From Gammaproteobacteria bacterium (lineage in GTDB: Bacteria > Pseudomonadota > Gammaproteobacteria > Eutrophobiales > Eutrophobiaceae), in the NCBI GenBank assembly GCA_965215365.1, contig CBDCDS010000003.1, forward strand, positions 1-64,000: 64,000 nucleotides of DNA, written 5' to 3'. The position numbers and the translations under genes are program-made. Positions 1 through 10,927 of this stretch are shown piece after piece; the first letter of the stretch is position 1; every line of letters starts with the position of its first letter. The notes beneath the pieces were generated by a model. That model ran no database searches and was not told where the DNA came from. It worked only from the letters and a program-made list of their open reading frames with translations.

Positions 1-616
1 CGTCTAAATCGCCCTGATGCACGGTATCGATGCGGATATAACCGCAGCGCCCGTCCGGCTGCGGTTTGCGCCGTACACCGATCTCACGCACCACCGGGCG
101 GGTCTTGTCTATCGTGTGGCGCTGACGTTGGTAGGTCTTCGAGCGCCGTAAGTTGTACAGGTGCGAGACCGAGATCCCGGCCAAGCGTTCATACTCGACC
201 TGGCCGAACACCTGATAGGCTCACTCACAGAGCTTCTTTAGGGTCAACCCATTCGGGGTATTGTGGCGCTCGTCCATGGCCGCTAGCAGGCGGATATCGG
301 CCTTCGTGTAGCGTCGGACAAAGCCCCGCGCCGTACACTGGCGCACCGCTAACGTACCGGTCTCCCGGTAGCGCCCAATCAGCCGCTTGACCTGTGCCCG
401 GGAATACCCGCTCACCTTCATCAGGTACGCCGTGAGCGCCCCTTTGTCCGCCTTGCTGCAGCCCAGGTAATCAAACGTCACCAGGGTGCGCCGTATCCAG
501 TCATACCGACTCTGCTTGTCGCTGGCAACCTCAAACATCACCCGCTGGGTCCCGGCCAGAAAATCGCGCACCTGCTCAATACGCGTTAAGTCATTCGCAT
601 TCATGATCGTTTTCAT
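1..616 (-). pseudogene. Integrase-core (ISNCY/IS481-like) transposase with an internal nonsense codon; runs off the left edge
   Basis: ORF 221-616 ends ...LKKLCE*, but the same frame continues AYQVFGQVEYERLAGISVSHLYNLRRSKTY...GYIRIDTVHQGDLD to base 1. Confidence 0.75.
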
Positions 617-646
617 CCTCGTATCATGAACGGGAATACCGGCTCG

Positions 647-705
647 TTCAGGCTCATTTCATGTTGGAATCACACCCGCCCTTCAGGCTCATTTCATATT
701 GGAAA
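647..705. repeat. Subterminal direct repeats of the IS end
   Basis: TTCAGGCTCATTTCATGTTGGAA (647) and TTCAGGCTCATTTCATATTGGAA (682), just upstream of the transposase start. Confidence 0.65.
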
Positions 706-2078
706 ATACTGTAGCTGGAGATGCGGCAGTAGGTGTCGGCGTAGGCGGTGGTTCGGAAGCAGCCGGAGACTTTTTGTTTGACTTTAGCCATACGGATATC
801 GCGTTCGGCGCGGTTGTTGGTGAACGGCACGTTGGGGTCGCGGGCGAAGCGGAGGACTTCGGTTTCGTACTTGACGAGGGCGTCATGGAGGTTTTGTGCC
901 TCACATTGGGCAATCCGTCCGCGTTGGCCGGTGAGCCGTTTCGGGGGTGTGGGGAGTTCCCGTTTGGCTTGTGTCAGGATAGTCCGGTAGCGGGTGCGCA
1001 GGGACTGGTAGTCGGTCTCGCTGAGTGCCTTGTTTTTATGTGTGCGCACCTGTCGGCAGGTCTTGAGCAGGAGGCGGCTCATACGTTGGGCCCAGGCATG
1101 GCCGTGGGCGTCCTCGATAAAGGCCAAGTTACGCAACAGGTGACTGCCGCACAGGGCATGCTCGCAGTTGTCATAGGCGAAGTAGCTGGCCCAGCGGTCG
1201 TGCACGAGAACACCGCCGTAGCGGGGGACGATGCCGATGTCCTTGAGGGCGTCCCCGCCCCGCTTGCGGTGGCAGTGTTTCAGTACCAGGTTCCCGGCAC
1301 TGGTGCTGTGCAGCCAGTGTTGTGTGCGGTCGATGCGCAAGGAGGTCTCATCGGCGTGCAGCACGGGCTCTGTGAGCAGGCGGGCGATAGCCGCCCGCTC
1401 CCACCCGGCCAGGGCCTCATGCACCCGCGTGAGCCAGGCCAGTAAGGTCGCCTCGGCGACGGCGCGCCCGGTCAGTGCATGAAGTGTCTGCGCCGTACGT
1501 TTGAGCGAGAGCATTTGGGCCGTTAACAGGTGCGTGGCGAAAGCCACGATGCCAGGGCCGTATTGTAAAGGCCCCGGCATGTCATCGGGAAACGCCCCGT
1601 GGGTCTCAGTGCCACAGCGCGGACAGGTTTTTATCTCGGCGTCAATGGTCAACTCGGTCGTCTCGAAGACTATATCGACCTTGACTCGTCGCACATGGCC
1701 GGTGGGGGCGGTGCCTTTGAGATCATGCCCGCAGGCCCGGCAGCCGGTCACGGGCACCGTGCGGGTCTGAGCCACCACGCGCCGGGACGCGCTGGGCACC
1801 GTCCCGGTCTGCGGCCCCTTGCCCTGCTTGCCGGGCCGTGTGCGCGCACTGTCATCGGGGTCGGTGCGGGAACTGGGCAGGCTGGAGTTGTGCGCCCCCT
1901 TCGGTGTGGTCTTCTCTAAGAACACCGCCAGCAGCAACTCGAATAGCAGCAACATCGACTCGAACAGCGCACGCCCTTCGGGACTCAGCGCGCCGTCGGC
2001 GCACAACGCCTTAAAACGCATTCGGATGGCCTCGAACTCCGCACGCAATGAGGCCTTGTTCACCGTGGCCATGTGCAC
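654..2078 (-). mobile_element. IS66-family transposase, 3' end interrupted by the neighbouring IS
   Basis: Zn-finger CxxC...CxxC, LHADETSLR, VHDRWASY, HALCGSHLLR, FTNNRAERDIR. After CRISSY the frame reads into the IS-end repeats. Confidence 0.9.
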
Positions 2079-2752
2079 TGTGCCTCCACCGCCATCATCG
2101 CCGCCAGCACCGCCAGCCGCTCGGCCGGGGGCAAGTCACGATAACGCCGCCCCCAGTTCTCAGCCTTGCGCTTGACCTGCTGGCGGTGCGTGAAGTTGCG
2201 CCCCGCATAGCGCACCCAGTGCACCCGGTCCGGCACAAAATTGAACCAGACCCGCTCGGTCACCACCCCGCCCTGATTCATCACCTGCAAGGACACACTG
2301 CGCCAGCCCGCCAGCACCTCATCATACAAGGCCGAAGGATACCCCGACACCATCACCGCACAGGGCAGCCCCTGCAGTAACGCCAGCAGCGCCTCATGGT
2401 CTGAGTCCTCGTAGTCATACCGGTAACGGTGCCGTGACTTGCGCGTGCTGTGCAGGTAGGGCGGGTCGCTGTACACCAACTCCGTGCCGTCAAACGGAAA
2501 AGTCGCCAACCAGCGGTGACAACACCCCTGCACCAACTCCACCGGATACCTACACGTAAACCCCGCCAACGCCCGCACATCAAGATCAATCCCAATGTTG
2601 CGCAACGCCGCCGGCTTGCGCTGCATAATCGCCCCGCCGCCTAAGTGTGTCTCAATGTACACACTGTGCGGCGGCATCATCGCAATGAGCGGCTGGCACA
2701 GACCCGTCGTGGCTTTCGACCCTCGGTACGCATTCCCCATGACGACCAACAT
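2060..2752 (-). CDS. DNA adenine (N6) methyltransferase, Dam/D12-like
   Basis: N-terminal YxGSK, motif I YIETHLGGGAI, catalytic VYSDPPY. Confidence 0.85.
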   Translation of the reverse strand: MLVVMGNAYRGSKATTGLCQPLIAMMPPHSVYIETHLGGGAIMQRKPAALRNIGIDLDVRALAGFTCRYPVELVQGCCHRWLATFPFDGTELVYSDPPYLHSTRKSRHRYRYDYEDSDHEALLALLQGLPCAVMVSGYPSALYDEVLAGWRSVSLQVMNQGGVVTERVWFNFVPDRVHWVRYAGRNFTHRQQVKRKAENWGRRYRDLPPAERLAVLAAMMAVEAQCTWPR

Positions 2753-2924
2753 AACGCCATGACGCTATGTTGTCAAGGACGCCTTGACAAAAAATTCAGT
2801 AGAATTAGAGGGAGGGGGCGAGTAGTTACATAAATACTTTAGAAAAAAAATTTATATATAGGCTACAGCCTGTGGCGAATAAGCAATTAAAGCAACCGAC
2901 CAAAATACAATTACGGAGAGAGTA

Positions 2925-4205
2925 ATGTCCACTACAGTATTTGCAATTGAGGGAAAATTGGGAAGCACAAAATATTATGTTGTTACGATGAAAGCAAGCG
3001 AAGTCGTTAGCAAAATCCGTATCCCAAAAGAAGTCGAGGGGTGGGAATATTTAGACATTGAAAATCGTTACCAGAGGGAAATTAATGATCTTCGAGTTAA
3101 GAGAGATATTGCGCCTTACCTAGCAAATGACAAAGACCGTTTTTTTGGATCACTCCTAGTAGCTATGCAACATGCGGATCAAATAACTTTTGAGCCTCTA
3201 ACAGATGTAGCTACAAAATTACCTGTTGCATATAAAACTCCAGCCGCCGGCGCAGGCTTTCTGACCTTAACAGGGGGTGAGGTAATGTTTCCCATAGACG
3301 GGCAGCACAGGTTAAGAGCTATAAAATATGCGATTGATGGCAGGGACTCTGCGGGCAAGGATCTAGACCTAACACCATCAACAGGTTTAGCACAAGACGA
3401 TGTAGTTGTTGTCCTGTTTAAATTTGAAACAGACATATCAAGAAAAATTTTCAGCAAGGTCAATAGATACGCAAGAACCACAACAAAAGCTCAGAATTTA
3501 ATCACCGATGATGATGATGTCATAGCAGTAATAACTAGGGAAATTGCTAATGATGTTGATGTCATCGGTGCTAGGATGGTCAATTTTAAGAGTAATACAT
3601 TGAGCAACATGGCCGTTGAGTTTACAACCTTGGCAACTTTATATGATTGTATTGATTATATTATATCAGCAGACCATGGTAAAATTGATAAATCTGTGCT
3701 CCCGGATCCTCAAAAAAAGAAACTCCTCTATAGAAGCACTAAGCAGGTAATTCAAACCTTGGTCGATAAAATAGAACATTTTGAGACCATGTTAACCGAC
3801 ACAGGTGGAACTGGTGATGAAAAAAGGAGGGAGTTGAGACAAGAAACTTTATTATCGAAACCTATCTCTCAGTTATGCCTAGTTAGGGCATTTGTTAATA
3901 TTCAACATAGCAAAACATCAGACAATAGGACACCAACGGAAGATGAAATATGTGGAAAGCTGAATCAGATAGACTGGGATATGAAAAACCCAAGTTGGCA
4001 AAAAATATTGATGAATGGAAACAAGATTATGGCAGGAAAAGGAACCGTCAATTTAGCAACGGAGTTCATAGTGTATCTTGCCGGGTTTCTACCAACAGAT
4101 AAGGTGGACGATTTATTTGGCAAATATCTAAATTCTTTTACCGAAGAGGAGAGAAAACACAAAAGTTTAGAAGGAATTAGAGAAAATCTTGTAAGGGGAC
4201 TTTGA
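2925..4205 (+). CDS. DGQHR-domain protein (DndB-like, ParB/Srx superfamily)
   Basis: YQR motif, PIDGQHRL and IFSKVN. Markedly AT-rich relative to its flanks; RBS GGAGAG. Confidence 0.85.
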   Translation: MSTTVFAIEGKLGSTKYYVVTMKASEVVSKIRIPKEVEGWEYLDIENRYQREINDLRVKRDIAPYLANDKDRFFGSLLVAMQHADQITFEPLTDVATKLPVAYKTPAAGAGFLTLTGGEVMFPIDGQHRLRAIKYAIDGRDSAGKDLDLTPSTGLAQDDVVVVLFKFETDISRKIFSKVNRYARTTTKAQNLITDDDDVIAVITREIANDVDVIGARMVNFKSNTLSNMAVEFTTLATLYDCIDYIISADHGKIDKSVLPDPQKKKLLYRSTKQVIQTLVDKIEHFETMLTDTGGTGDEKRRELRQETLLSKPISQLCLVRAFVNIQHSKTSDNRTPTEDEICGKLNQIDWDMKNPSWQKILMNGNKIMAGKGTVNLATEFIVYLAGFLPTDKVDDLFGKYLNSFTEEERKHKSLEGIRENLVRGL

Positions 4206-4237
4206 GTTGTTAGCCCAAGTTTAACATTTTTCGGCTG

Positions 4238-4829
4238 TTGGGATGGGAAATCGGGGACGGGGTGCTGGGGTTCTGGGCGGCACTGGCCGAAGTGTATCCC
4301 ACGACCCGCACACAGCGCTGTTGGGTGCACAAGATAGCGAATATCTTAAACAAGCTCCCTCAGAGCGTGCAGAACAAGGCCAAGACGGGCTTACACGCTA
4401 TCTGGATGGCCGAGAGCCGGGCGGCGGCGCTGGAGGCCTTGAACCGATTTATTCGCACCTATGAAGACAAGTACCCGAAGGCGACCGCCTGCCTCGACGA
4501 AGACCGCGAGGCCTTACTGGCCTTTTATGACTTCCCGGCCGCGCACTGGCAGTCTATCCGCACCACCAATCCCATTGAATCCACGTTTGCCACCGTGCGC
4601 CTGCGCACCGCCAGGACACGGGGCTGTGTCAGCCGCACCAGCCTGCTCACCATGGTCTATAAGCTCGGTTTATGTGCTGAGCAGAACTGGCGCCGGCTGC
4701 GGGGGTTCAAGCACCTGGCCGACGTGATCGAGAATGTAAAGTTTATTGACGGAGTAAAACAACAGACTATTGAACAACACCAACGGGCCGCCTGACTATG
4801 AGGCTATACACCAGATTTGACAATAACTC
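4238..4829 (+). mobile_element. IS256-family transposase, 5'-truncated remnant with right end
   Basis: IGDGVLGFW, QRCWVHK, HWQSIRTTNPIESTFATVR. ACACCAGATTTGACAATAACTC after the stop resembles an IS256 terminal IR. Confidence 0.85.
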
Positions 4830-5030
4830 GTTGTTTTTAGGTAGTGTCTCCGGTCAAGGCAAGCATATTTCCCGGTGCTGTACATCGAAGACAAGACAGA
4901 CTACCTGTGAAAGATGGACTCTTTCTCACTCTATCACCCTCCCTACCCCGAGGTTCATCCGGGTCATCCCTTTCCGGGCACATTGAGGGACGACCGCAAC
5001 CGACAGGTTCTCTACCAACCAATTTTATCA

Positions 5031-5071
5031 AATTTAGGAAGTTTATGAAAATTTTATAAACTTCCTAAATT
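5031..5071. repeat. AT-rich 41-bp palindrome
   Basis: AATTTAGGAAGTTTAT-gaaaatttt-ATAAACTTCCTAAATT, with perfect 16-bp arms. Confidence 0.85.
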
Positions 5072-5079
5072 CGCTATAA

Positions 5080-5305
5080 GGCCACCTCTAAAAATTAGAG
5101 GTGGCCGTGCAGCATAAGGATATGCTGCCAGTAACAGCAAGCACGCAAGTGCTTGAAAATCAAGGAAATGAAAAATCACACTTTTTCATTTCCGTCTCAC
5201 AAATCCGCCCCGGGCGGATTTGGACGTCCGCAGGACGCCCGCAGGGGGCGTCCCAAGGATGGGGCGCATCACAAAATACCACGGAGGGTATTTTTAGAGG
5301 TTCCC
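5080..5305. mobile_element. Putative non-autonomous element (MITE type 2)
   Basis: Imperfect terminal IRs GGCCACCTCTAAAAAT / ATTTTTAGAGGTTCCC, internal GC hairpins and no convincing ORF. Confidence 0.55.
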
Positions 5306-5637
5306 ATAACTCTGGCATGGACCCTGTCAGGAATCCTTATGTACCGGGCGCGGGGTGACCTCGCTTGCTCCCCTACGCAGCCAACTGATTGCGAAAGGCA
5401 TGAGCTGGAGTCCAAGTCATGGCGATACTGCGTTCACAGCGCCGCTGTTTGCCGGTTTCATGCAACGTGTCATGCCGGGTGCCCACTGGAAAACCGAATG
5501 ACCTCGTACTCCCTGGCGAAGTCAGATACGGGTTCTTGCGGAGGGTAGTCTGTGGGTTTGATTTCATATTGACTCTGAAATTATCATGTTTATTATAGAA
5601 CACATTCTAAAATTTACATGCTTGATATACAGCAGAA

Positions 5638-6777
5638 ATGACATTATTAAACCGCTACCTGAGGAATTGCATCCATTACGATTTGGCTGAGAAAATGGTT
5701 TTCCTCGGCGGACCGAGACAGGTGGGCAAGACGACACTTGCGCTCAGCCTGATCGAAGGCGCTGATGAATCCCATCCCGCCTACCTTAACTGGGATCTTC
5801 ACGACACCCGGCGCATGCTGCTGGATGGAGGCTTGCCGGCAGGGCAACCGTTGGTTATCTTTGACGAGCTCCATAAATACCGGCATTGGCGCAACCTGAT
5901 TAAGGGTTTTTACGATAAGTTCAAATCATCCAGACGCTTTCTCATCACCGGTTCGGCCCGGTTAGACCATTACCGCAGAGGCGGGGATTCGTTGCAGGGG
6001 CGCTACCACTACCACCGTCTGCACCCGCTTTCGCTGTATGAGTTGAATAACAAGCCAACCCGATCGGACCTGTCTGCCCTGTTGCGCTATGGCGGTTTTC
6101 CCGAGCCGTTTTTGAAACAAAATATGCGACATTGGAAGAGGTGGCAGCGAGAGCGGCAAAGCCGGGTCATACAAGAGGATTTGATCAACCTGGAAAACGT
6201 TAGAGAGGTCTCGCAACTGGACCTGCTGGCGCGGACTTTGCCGGAGAAGGTTGCCTCCGTCCTCTCCCTGAATAAGCTGAAACAAGACCTGTCGGTAGCT
6301 TATGAAACCGTGGACCGCTGGATTACGATCCTGGAAAACCTTTACTACTGTTTCAGAATTTCTCCTTACGGACTGCCCCGCCTTCGGGCCGTGAAAAAGG
6401 AACGCAAGCTGTATTTGTGGGACTGGTCGTTGTGCGCAAATGAGAGTGCCCGTTTTGAAAACCTGGTGGCGTCGCAGTTACTGAAATATTGCCATTTTCG
6501 GGAAGACACCGAAGGCGATGAAATGGAATTGAGGTTTGTCAGAGATGCCGCAGGCAGAGAGCTGGACTTCGTGGTCATTGAAAATAATAAACCGTTATTT
6601 GCGGTTGAGTGCAAAACGGGAGACCGGCAGCTGAGCAGGAATATTGCCTATTTCTCCCAGCGCACGGATATTCCATTTTATTATCAGGTACATCTGGGGG
6701 ACAGGGATTATGAACGGGCAGATTTGAAGGCAAGAGTTATGCCGGCAACCAGTTTTTGTGAATTGTTAAGAGTTTAG
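5638..6777 (+). CDS. AAA ATPase with DUF4143 and C-terminal PD-(D/E)xK-like domain
   Basis: GPRQVGKT, IFDELHK, ITGS, GGFPE, KLYLWD, ELDFV...AVECK. Confidence 0.9.
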   Translation: MTLLNRYLRNCIHYDLAEKMVFLGGPRQVGKTTLALSLIEGADESHPAYLNWDLHDTRRMLLDGGLPAGQPLVIFDELHKYRHWRNLIKGFYDKFKSSRRFLITGSARLDHYRRGGDSLQGRYHYHRLHPLSLYELNNKPTRSDLSALLRYGGFPEPFLKQNMRHWKRWQRERQSRVIQEDLINLENVREVSQLDLLARTLPEKVASVLSLNKLKQDLSVAYETVDRWITILENLYYCFRISPYGLPRLRAVKKERKLYLWDWSLCANESARFENLVASQLLKYCHFREDTEGDEMELRFVRDAAGRELDFVVIENNKPLFAVECKTGDRQLSRNIAYFSQRTDIPFYYQVHLGDRDYERADLKARVMPATSFCELLRV

Positions 6778-6808
6778 CCCGCATATCTCACTAAATTTCT
6801 TGTTACGT
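6778..6808. repeat. MITE type 1 end fragment
   Basis: TTAG|CCCGCATATCTCAC...; the TAG is the stop codon of the upstream gene. Confidence 0.7.
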
Positions 6809-6853
6809 TGACCCACCGTCCGCAGTCCACCTTGCCCTTGCCGGACCTGACAC

Positions 6854-8092
6854 TCAATCCGCAGGTATGGAAAAAATGATGACACAGGCCAGTATTACGG
6901 CAAGGGCTACGAACAGCGCCTGATTGGCGAGCGTCGCTCTTGCTAGGGGCGGGGAATCCTTGTAGTTGTAGAAGATGGCCAGCAAGGTTTGCAGGAAATA
7001 ATAGGCGGCAAAGGCGCGTGATGCCAGTGTGATAATCTCCAGGATGTCGGCTTCCCAAACCAGCAGAATTGCCAGGGCTGCCACTGCCAGGTAGCCGTTT
7101 CTGGTGGACAGGCGCTGCCGGCTGTTTTCCCGCAACAGGCCGCCGCCACCGCCTAAGTCTGCCACTGCCGCACTGAACTGGCTCATCAGCGCCGCCACCA
7201 TCAACATCACCGGCAGCACCACCGCCACCGGCGCCATGGCGCCGATGATATCCGACAGGTTGATATGGACGAGGTTGATATGTTGCACCACCGGCAGCAG
7301 CAGGATGACCGAGACCACGTACAAAATGCCGGAGATAATCTGGGCATTGCGCATGCTTGACACCCGGGCTTGTGGGCTGTACCTGTCTCCCAGAAAGCGC
7401 GATGTCTCGAACCCCTGGACTATCAGGAGCACGCCGGCGAGCATCCGAAACTGTGTGGGCAGGTCCCGTTGCGGATACTCGAAGCGCAGCTCGTGGCCGT
7501 TCAGGAAGGTCATGCCAAAGGCGAACAGTCCCAGTATCAGCGACAAAATCACGGCCAGCTGAATGGTGACGGAGTAAGCCTCCAGGCGTTCCAGCCCGGC
7601 CAGCCCCCTGACGTAACCGACCGCAGTAATGAACAGGATAATGGCCGTTGTGAGCGACCGTTCCAGCACCTGACTGTCGATGCCCAGGTAGCTCAGCAGA
7701 AAATTTGACAGCAGGGACAGGTAGAAGGCGACGGCCACCACATAAGCCAGCACCAGCACAACATTGGCCATGTATTCGATTTCCCGACAGGGCCCGGACA
7801 GCTCTCCGCTTGCTATGCGCGGTTCGACATGCAGGATGTTGAAGCGGATGACATGCCCAATCGAATAGGCGAGAACCACTATGACCAGTATCGCCAGCGG
7901 CGCATGCACCCCCACGATGCTGGCAAGCAGCGGCGCCATGATCAGGAACCCGCTGCCGATAATGGAGGAGAACGGAGTCAGAGTCGCAGTCCAAAGCCCG
8001 TTCTTCAGCAACCCCGACCATACCAGCGCCAAGCCGGTGACCAGACCGGAAATAACCAAGATGGAATTGAACGCAACGCTCGAAGCCAGCAC
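6854..8092 (-). CDS. APC-like polytopic membrane transporter
   Basis: About 11-12 hydrophobic segments; TPFSSIIGSGFL and VQGFETS motifs. Confidence 0.75.
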   Translation of the reverse strand: MLASSVAFNSILVISGLVTGLALVWSGLLKNGLWTATLTPFSSIIGSGFLIMAPLLASIVGVHAPLAILVIVVLAYSIGHVIRFNILHVEPRIASGELSGPCREIEYMANVVLVLAYVVAVAFYLSLLSNFLLSYLGIDSQVLERSLTTAIILFITAVGYVRGLAGLERLEAYSVTIQLAVILSLILGLFAFGMTFLNGHELRFEYPQRDLPTQFRMLAGVLLIVQGFETSRFLGDRYSPQARVSSMRNAQIISGILYVVSVILLLPVVQHINLVHINLSDIIGAMAPVAVVLPVMLMVAALMSQFSAAVADLGGGGGLLRENSRQRLSTRNGYLAVAALAILLVWEADILEIITLASRAFAAYYFLQTLLAIFYNYKDSPPLARATLANQALFVALAVILACVIIFSIPAD

Positions 8093-8223
8093 GCTCAGGT
8101 AACCCCTGTCGTTAAGGTTGTGGCAGCTGAGTTAATCAGAGGTCTCTTACGTTGTCACGGCATTATACCAGCCATAGCAAAGCCAGTCGTACGGTTTGGC
8201 GATATAGACGCCCAGCCAGCCCT

Positions 8224-8247
8224 TGACGTTATGACGTTATGACGTTA
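8224..8247 (+). promoter_or_regulatory. Probable TA operator overlapping the promoter, (TGACGTTA)x3
   Basis: Three tandem 8-mers ending 10 bp before the antitoxin ATG. Confidence 0.6.
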
Positions 8248-8257
8248 TTGTGCTGGC

Positions 8258-8491
8258 ATGAAGACAGCATCCAAACGGGCAACGATCTACTTATATCCTG
8301 AGCTTCACCGCGCGTTGCGCCTGAAGTCTGTTGAGACCAACCGGTCTGTATCAGATATTGTAAATGAGGCTGTGCAGTTGAGCCTTGCAGAAGATGCCGA
8401 GGATCTGGAGGCTATAACAAGTCGCGCCGGAGAACCGGACCTGGTGTTTGAAGACGTGGTAATGGATTTGAAACGTCGTGGAAAAATATAA
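8258..8491 (+). CDS. CopG/RHH antitoxin
   Basis: KRATIYL...LHRALRLKS...SVSDIVNEAV; overlaps the toxin start. Confidence 0.85.
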   Translation: MKTASKRATIYLYPELHRALRLKSVETNRSVSDIVNEAVQLSLAEDAEDLEAITSRAGEPDLVFEDVVMDLKRRGKI

Positions 8492-8744
8492 AATCCTCAT
8501 CAAGCCTTCCGCAGCAAAGGAACTCGAAGCAATCTCTCAAAAGAAAATCCGGCAGCGGATAGTTCACCGAATTGAGGGTTTGGCAACGGACCCCTTTCCA
8601 CCTAGAACCAGTAAACTGGCAGGGTCTGATCACTTCAGACTGCGCCAGGGCGCCTATAGAATCATTTATGCGGTGCGGAAGCTGGAACTTATCGTCAACA
8701 TAATCAAGGTTGGACACAGGCAGGGCGCCTACCAGGGTCGATAA
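8478..8744 (+). CDS. RelE/ParE-family toxin
   Basis: YKILIKPSAAKEL, KLAG, FRLRQGAYRIIY, IKVGHR. Confidence 0.9.
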   Translation: MEKYKILIKPSAAKELEAISQKKIRQRIVHRIEGLATDPFPPRTSKLAGSDHFRLRQGAYRIIYAVRKLELIVNIIKVGHRQGAYQGR

Positions 8745-8755
8745 GAGTTTGGAGA

Positions 8756-8832
8756 TGGCGCGCCCGGAGAGATTCGAACTCCCGACCGCCTGGTTCGTAG
8801 CCAGGTACTCTATCCAGCTGAGCTACGGGCGC
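8756..8832 (-). tRNA. tRNA-Arg(ACG)
   Basis: Reverse complement GCGCCCGTAGCTCAGCTGGATAGAGTACCTGGCT-ACG-AACCAGGCGGTCGGGAGTTCGAATCTCTCCGGGCGCGCCA. Confidence 0.97.
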
Positions 8833-8914
8833 ATAGCACCTATTATCACCTATACCCGGGGAAAAATAAAGGGTACTGGCTTGTTACGCCATTCCCGCTA
8901 ACTACCGAGCCTGC

Positions 8915-10591
8915 TCAGAACAAGCCGGTAATGTTGCCCTCGGCGTCCACATCGATCTTCTCGGCAGCCGGGACTTTGGGCAATCCCGGCATGGTCATCA
9001 TGTTGCCGGCGATGGCCACGATGAAACCGGCGCCGTTTGCGAGCCGCACTTCGCTCACTTCCACGTTGTGCCCTACCGGCGCGCCCCGCACCGCAGGGTC
9101 GGTGGTAAAGGACATCTGCGTCTTGGCCATACATACCGGGAACCGGCCGTAATCCTGGTTCAGCTTATCGATCTCCGCCCGCACCTTGCTGTTGGCGGTG
9201 ACGCTGCCGGCGCCGTAGATTTTCCTGGCGACGGCCTCTATCTTGTCCCACAGGTGAGCATCATCCTGGTACAGGTAACTGTGGCTGCCGGGGTTGTTGT
9301 CCACTACGTCGGTAACGGCGCGGGCCAGTTCTTCGGCGCCGGCGCCGCCCTCGGCCCAGTGGCGCGCCACTACCGCCCTGCCGCCCTGCGCCTCGACCCG
9401 GTTTTGCAGCAGCTCAACCTCGGTGTCGGTATCGTGGGTGAAGTGGTTGATGGACACGATACAGGGCAGGCCGTAGTGTTGCTGTATGTTGTTCAGGTGC
9501 CGTTCTAGGTTGACCAGACCTTTATCCAGTGCTGCCAGATTTTCCATGTTCAGGTCTTCCTTGTTGACGCCGCCATGATATTTCATGGCGCGGACAGTGG
9601 CGACCAGCACCACCGCCGCCGGGTTCAGCCGGGCCATACGGCACTTGATGTCGATAAACTTCTCCGCGCCCAGATCCGCGCCGAAACCGGCCTCGGTGAT
9701 CACGTAATCCGCCAGTTTCAACGCAGTCCTGGTGGCGGTGACGCTGTTGCAACCATGCGCAATGTTGGCGAACGGCCCGCCGTGCACCAGCGCCAGATTG
9801 TTCTCCAGGGTCTGTACCAGATTGGGCTTGATGGCATCTTTCAGCAAGGCCGCCATGGCGCCGTGGGCATTCAGGTCGCGGGCGTGCACCGGCGTCCGGT
9901 CGCCACAGGTGTAGCCGATGACGATGTTGCCGAGCCGTTCCTTCAGGTCGGCAAGGGATGTCGCCAGACAGAAAATGGCCATCACCTCGGAGGCAACGGT
10001 AATGTCGTAACCGTCTTCGCGCGGGAACCCGTTGGCCGTGCCGCCCAGGGAAATGACAATCTTGCGCAAGGCGCGGTCATTCATATCGACAACCCGTTTC
10101 CAGGCAATCAGACGCGGGTCCAGGTTCAGGCGGTTGCCGTGGTTGATGTGATTGTCCAGCATGGCCGAGAGCAGGTTGTGCGCGGCACCGATGGCGTGAA
10201 AATCGCCAGTGAAATGCAGGTTGATATCTTCCATGGGCACCACCTGAGCATAACCGCCGCCAGCGGCGCCGCCCTTGACGCCAAAGCAGGGACCGAGTGA
10301 AGGTTCACGCAGGCAGATTAAGGTGTGTTTGCCGATCCTGTTCATGGCATCACCCAGACCGACTGTAGTGGTAGTCTTGCCCTCGCCCGCCGGGGTGGGA
10401 CTGATGGCAGTGGTCAGGATCAGCTTGCCGTCGGCCCTGTCCTGCAGGCTGTCGATGTAATCCAGCGACAACTTGGCCTTGTAATGACCGTAAGGCTCCA
10501 GGTGCTCACTGCCGATGCCGTACTGCTCGGCGGCGAGGCCGATAATCTGCTTTTTACTGGCCCGCCGGGCGATTTCGATGTCTGACAGCAT
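8915..10591 (-). CDS. fhs: Formate-tetrahydrofolate ligase
   Basis: MLSDIEIA start, [41 protein letters not shown]. Confidence 0.97.
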   Translation of the reverse strand: MLSDIEIARRASKKQIIGLAAEQYGIGSEHLEPYGHYKAKLSLDYIDSLQDRADGKLILTTAISPTPAGEGKTTTTVGLGDAMNRIGKHTLICLREPSLGPCFGVKGGAAGGGYAQVVPMEDINLHFTGDFHAIGAAHNLLSAMLDNHINHGNRLNLDPRLIAWKRVVDMNDRALRKIVISLGGTANGFPREDGYDITVASEVMAIFCLATSLADLKERLGNIVIGYTCGDRTPVHARDLNAHGAMAALLKDAIKPNLVQTLENNLALVHGGPFANIAHGCNSVTATRTALKLADYVITEAGFGADLGAEKFIDIKCRMARLNPAAVVLVATVRAMKYHGGVNKEDLNMENLAALDKGLVNLERHLNNIQQHYGLPCIVSINHFTHDTDTEVELLQNRVEAQGGRAVVARHWAEGGAGAEELARAVTDVVDNNPGSHSYLYQDDAHLWDKIEAVARKIYGAGSVTANSKVRAEIDKLNQDYGRFPVCMAKTQMSFTTDPAVRGAPVGHNVEVSEVRLANGAGFIVAIAGNMMTMPGLPKVPAAEKIDVDAEGNITGLF

Positions 10592-10672
10592 GGGAACATT
10601 CTCCGTCTTCAACTGCTTGTTTTTTTTGATGACCGGTATATTATATCGGCTGACGGAATTTAAGGAAGATAC

Positions 10673-10927
10673 ATGCCAACAATATTGAGACAATCAGGGT
10701 GGCGATTTTTCTTTTACTCGAATGAAGGAAATGAACCCCCTCATATTCACTGTCGAAAAGCCGGGAAGGAATGCAAGTACTGGATCGGCACAGGCTATTA
10801 TGACATCCGGGAAGACTATGCCTTCGACTTATCTCCGAGAGACAAGAGGCAAATCAGGAAAATCATATTTGCTCATCTGGATTACATCATGGAGCAATGG
10901 GATAAACTTCAGCAGAGGCGGCAATAA
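10673..10927 (+). CDS. DUF4160 protein (putative TA component)
   Basis: [22 protein letters not shown]. Confidence 0.85.
   Translation: MPTILRQSGWRFFFYSNEGNEPPHIHCRKAGKECKYWIGTGYYDIREDYAFDLSPRDKRQIRKIIFAHLDYIMEQWDKLQQRRQ

Noticed and set aside
221-223. TGA recoding (Sec/Trp) in the transposase
   Set aside because: TGA is used as a normal stop throughout the window; a nonsense mutation is simpler.
1-8832. Prophage or integrative element at tRNA-Arg
   Set aside because: No integrase, att duplication or phage structural genes within the window.
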